DNA from: Ostrea edulis
Taxonomy: Eukaryota
Reading direction: 5' to 3'
Assembly: GCF_947568905.1 (NCBI RefSeq)
Contig: NC_079170.1
Location: forward strand, 53,010,001 to 53,074,000
Length of the DNA: 64,000 nucleotides
The position numbers and the translations under genes are program-made. Under the pieces are notes generated by a model that had not been told where the DNA came from, did no database searches, and saw only the letters and a list, made by a program, of their open reading frames with translations. This document shows positions 61,601-64,000 of this stretch, piece by piece (within the stretch, counting starts at the first letter, position 1; each line of letters opens with the position of its first letter).

Positions 61601-64000
61601 TTTTTTTTTTTTTTTTTTTTTTCACATATATCAGTCTTTAATTCCAAAATACATTACTATTTCGGGGTAAAGTCTCCGCAGAGACCCCCTTATAATCTTT
61701 ACCTAGGGTGCCAGGGGCCCCTTGGATTAGATGTATATAGGCATACATATACATATATATAAATTTATCATATAAATTTCTACATATAGAAAACACAAAC
61801 ATATATGCATACATACAAACACACACACATATAATATACTGTTATATAACAAAATTTATTAACATGTTATGGCAAAAAAGGTTCTTATTTTTACGGAAAA
61901 ACCAACAACACAACAATATAATTATGTACATAAAGAACCTGAAACTGCCATATGCGGGGTTAACAATTCAAAAGTTCATATCACAACCCCCATGGCAGCA
62001 CTATAGGAGGACAGGACCCCTCCTCATAGTGGGAACTTTTTGCAAAATACCAGTATATAAAAGGTTTATTACAAAATTTTATTTGATATAGAAATATAGT
62101 TGTTTGTAATCAATTCAAATTGTTCAAAATAAACTCACATTGTAACATAGTTAAAAATGTGCATAGTCAGATATTTGTCAGGTTTCATATTATAAAAAGT
62201 CATACCTGCAAAGGTGTATAAATTACAATTTGTCTTTAATTGCTTTCATAACTTTAGCATATTTTTTATCCTGAATTTTTGTGTACACTTCTGTATAAAA
62301 ATTCAATTTACTTTTTATGTGGTTACATATTTCTTGAGGTTTTTCGTCTTTGTTATCTAATCTACAATACATTTTATACTTGTATATTTTACAGGCAATA
62401 AGAGATATTATGCTATTCAAAAAGAGTGTCTTTTCATTGTTTTCATAGTAAAATCCTATCACAATTGTTTTCCACGATATATCAAATTTTAAAATTTGTT
62501 TAACAATGTTCCATATATGAGAAACATTTTTACATTTTAAGATAAGATGTTCATTGTTTTCTTTAGCATCTCTGCAAAAGACACAAAAATCATTTTCTAC
62601 TATCTTCCATTTCTTCAGCAATTCTCTGTTACACAATAGATTATTTAATAATTTATAATTAAATTCTGATATACTTCTGTCTCTTATGGATAAGATTTTT
62701 TGTTCATAAATAGATTTCCAAGCCGTTTTTGTTATTTCAAAAACCTTTCCGTAATATGTTTGGTGTAATGGAGGTATAAATTTTTCTTGACAAAGAATTT
62801 CGTAAATCAACTTTGAATTGATATCACACACTTTAACATGTCCTTTACATAATAAATCGTATGATGTACTCCCATGAAAAATGTTTTCGTATCGTATATT
62901 TGAATATTCATAACTTTTGAAGGTTTTTGTTATAACTGTTTTTATAATCATATATTCACACATCCAGTTTTTTTTACATATAAGTTTGTCATCAAACCAT
63001 TCCAAAGGTTTTATGCCATTTTCATTTACAATATCATTCAAAAATTTAAAACCGCTCCTCAGCCAATTATGAAAAAATATTGGCTTGTTTTTGTACATAA
63101 AATTTTTATTACACCACAACGGTTCTTTCAATAATGCATTCAGATAAAATTGTTTTTTATTTTTTTTACATTCGTTGAAAAATACAAGCATTTCCTTGTA
63201 GAATAGAGGAAAATGTTCCATTATTTGATAATCATTTGATTTCGTAATATTTGTTTTACATAGATATTCAAAATCAAAGTCTCTTTCTTTGCACAAACTA
63301 TCTACAAAAAAGAATAGAGAGTTTCTCTCGCTTGAAATCCTGTTTATCCAAGATACTTTTATGGATTTTAATTTCAAAGATACATCGACAATTCCAATGC
63401 CTCCCTTTAGGACATTTCCAATCTGTGTATTTCTTTTAATTCTATCTCTTTTGTTCCATATATAGTTATATAACAAACTTTGAAATTTCTTAATTACTTC
63501 TTCATTTGGAAAGCTCAGAACTGATCCAACATATATAATCTTTGATATTGCTAGGCTATTGATGACACAAACTTTACCAAAAATGGTTAGTTTTCTTTTT
63601 TTCCATGATTCAAACAGTTTTTCTAAGTCATCTACAATTTTTGTCCAATTGTTTTTATAACATATTTCTTTGTTGTGTCCTATATAAATTCCAAGAGTTT
63701 TTATGCTATCATTGTTTACGTTAACATTTCTAATTTGTTTATAATGATATTTGTGAGGACCCGTTAATATACATTCTGTTTTTGACATATTTAAATACAT
63801 ACCCGAAACATTGCTGAATTTTGCTATGACTTTTAAAGAATGTTCTAGAGAGGTTTCATCTTTTAGAGGAAGAGTACAATCATCTGCATGTTGTATAATC
63901 TTAATACTGTTAGTCATTCCTGGTTTTTGAAATCCATTAATATTTGAATTCGATCTAATATTTACCGCTAATATTTCTATAACAAAAAGAAATAATATTG
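61601..64000 (-). mobile_element. Tx1/L1-clade LINE, 3' 2.4 kb with poly(A)
   Basis: open RT-zinc-finger ORF, ~600-bp 3' UTR, 22-nt poly(A) (T-run at 61601-61622). Confidence 0.85.
62223..64000 (-). CDS. LINE ORF2 C-terminal part (RT domains 4-7, thumb, zf-RVT-like CCHC); open to the window edge
   Basis: ILFLFVIEILAVNIR...IIQHADDCTL...SGMYLNMSKTE...LGI...KLTIFGKVCVINSLAISK...GGIG...CVFCRDAKENNEHLILKC; no stops in more than 590 codons. Confidence 0.9.
   Translation of the reverse strand, partial: ILFLFVIEILAVNIRSNSNINGFQKPGMTNSIKIIQHADDCTLPLKDETSLEHSLKVIAKFSNVSGMYLNMSKTECILTGPHKYHYKQIRNVNVNNDSIKTLGIYIGHNKEICYKNNWTKIVDDLEKLFESWKKRKLTIFGKVCVINSLAISKIIYVGSVLSFPNEEVIKKFQSLLYNYIWNKRDRIKRNTQIGNVLKGGIGIVDVSLKLKSIKVSWINRISSERNSLFFFVDSLCKERDFDFEYLCKTNITKSNDYQIMEHFPLFYKEMLVFFNECKKNKKQFYLNALLKEPLWCNKNFMYKNKPIFFHNWLRSGFKFLNDIVNENGIKPLEWFDDKLICKKNWMCEYMIIKTVITKTFKSYEYSNIRYENIFHGSTSYDLLCKGHVKVCDINSKLIYEILCQEKFIPPLHQTYYGKVFEITKTAWKSIYEQKILSIRDRSISEFNYKLLNNLLCNRELLKKWKIVENDFCVFCRDAKENNEHLILKCKNVSHIWNIVKQILKFDISWKTIVIGFYYENNEKTLFLNSIISLIACKIYKYKMYCRLDNKDEKPQEICNHIKSKLNFYTEVYTKIQDKKYAKVMKAIKDKL

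Overview
AT-rich eukaryotic genomic DNA, most likely an oyster (Ostreidae). This rests on Cg170-like satellite units, HINE/pearl-like elements and abundant Naiad-type Penelope-like repeats, all recognised by eye and not by database search. One large minus-strand gene dominates the window: a TRANK1/LBA1-like TPR-ankyrin-UvrD helicase. I reconstructed 26 phase-consistent coding exons from ATG 41315 to 2486 (6825 nt, 2275 codons), and the gene continues beyond position 1. Its N-terminal ~1400 aa consist of a tandemly reiterated exon block (TPR, TPR, helical linker+ANK, ANK): three clear copies with intron phases 1-0-1-1-1 plus a diverged fourth. A candidate RelE/ParE-like fold and an intact SF1 helicase core follow. 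Introns and upstream DNA are packed with mobile elements: at least 11 Naiad-like PLE fragments, tRNA-derived SINEs, HINEs, a ~4.1 kb Kolobok-type foldback with ~1 kb arms, Crypton, Tc1 and DDE_Tnp_4-type remnants, several MITEs, minisatellites, and an open-ORF Tx1/L1-type LINE at the right edge. Exon boundaries were read base by base; repeat boundaries are approximate (about 10-30 bp). No CRISPR, rRNA or bona fide tRNA gene was seen.
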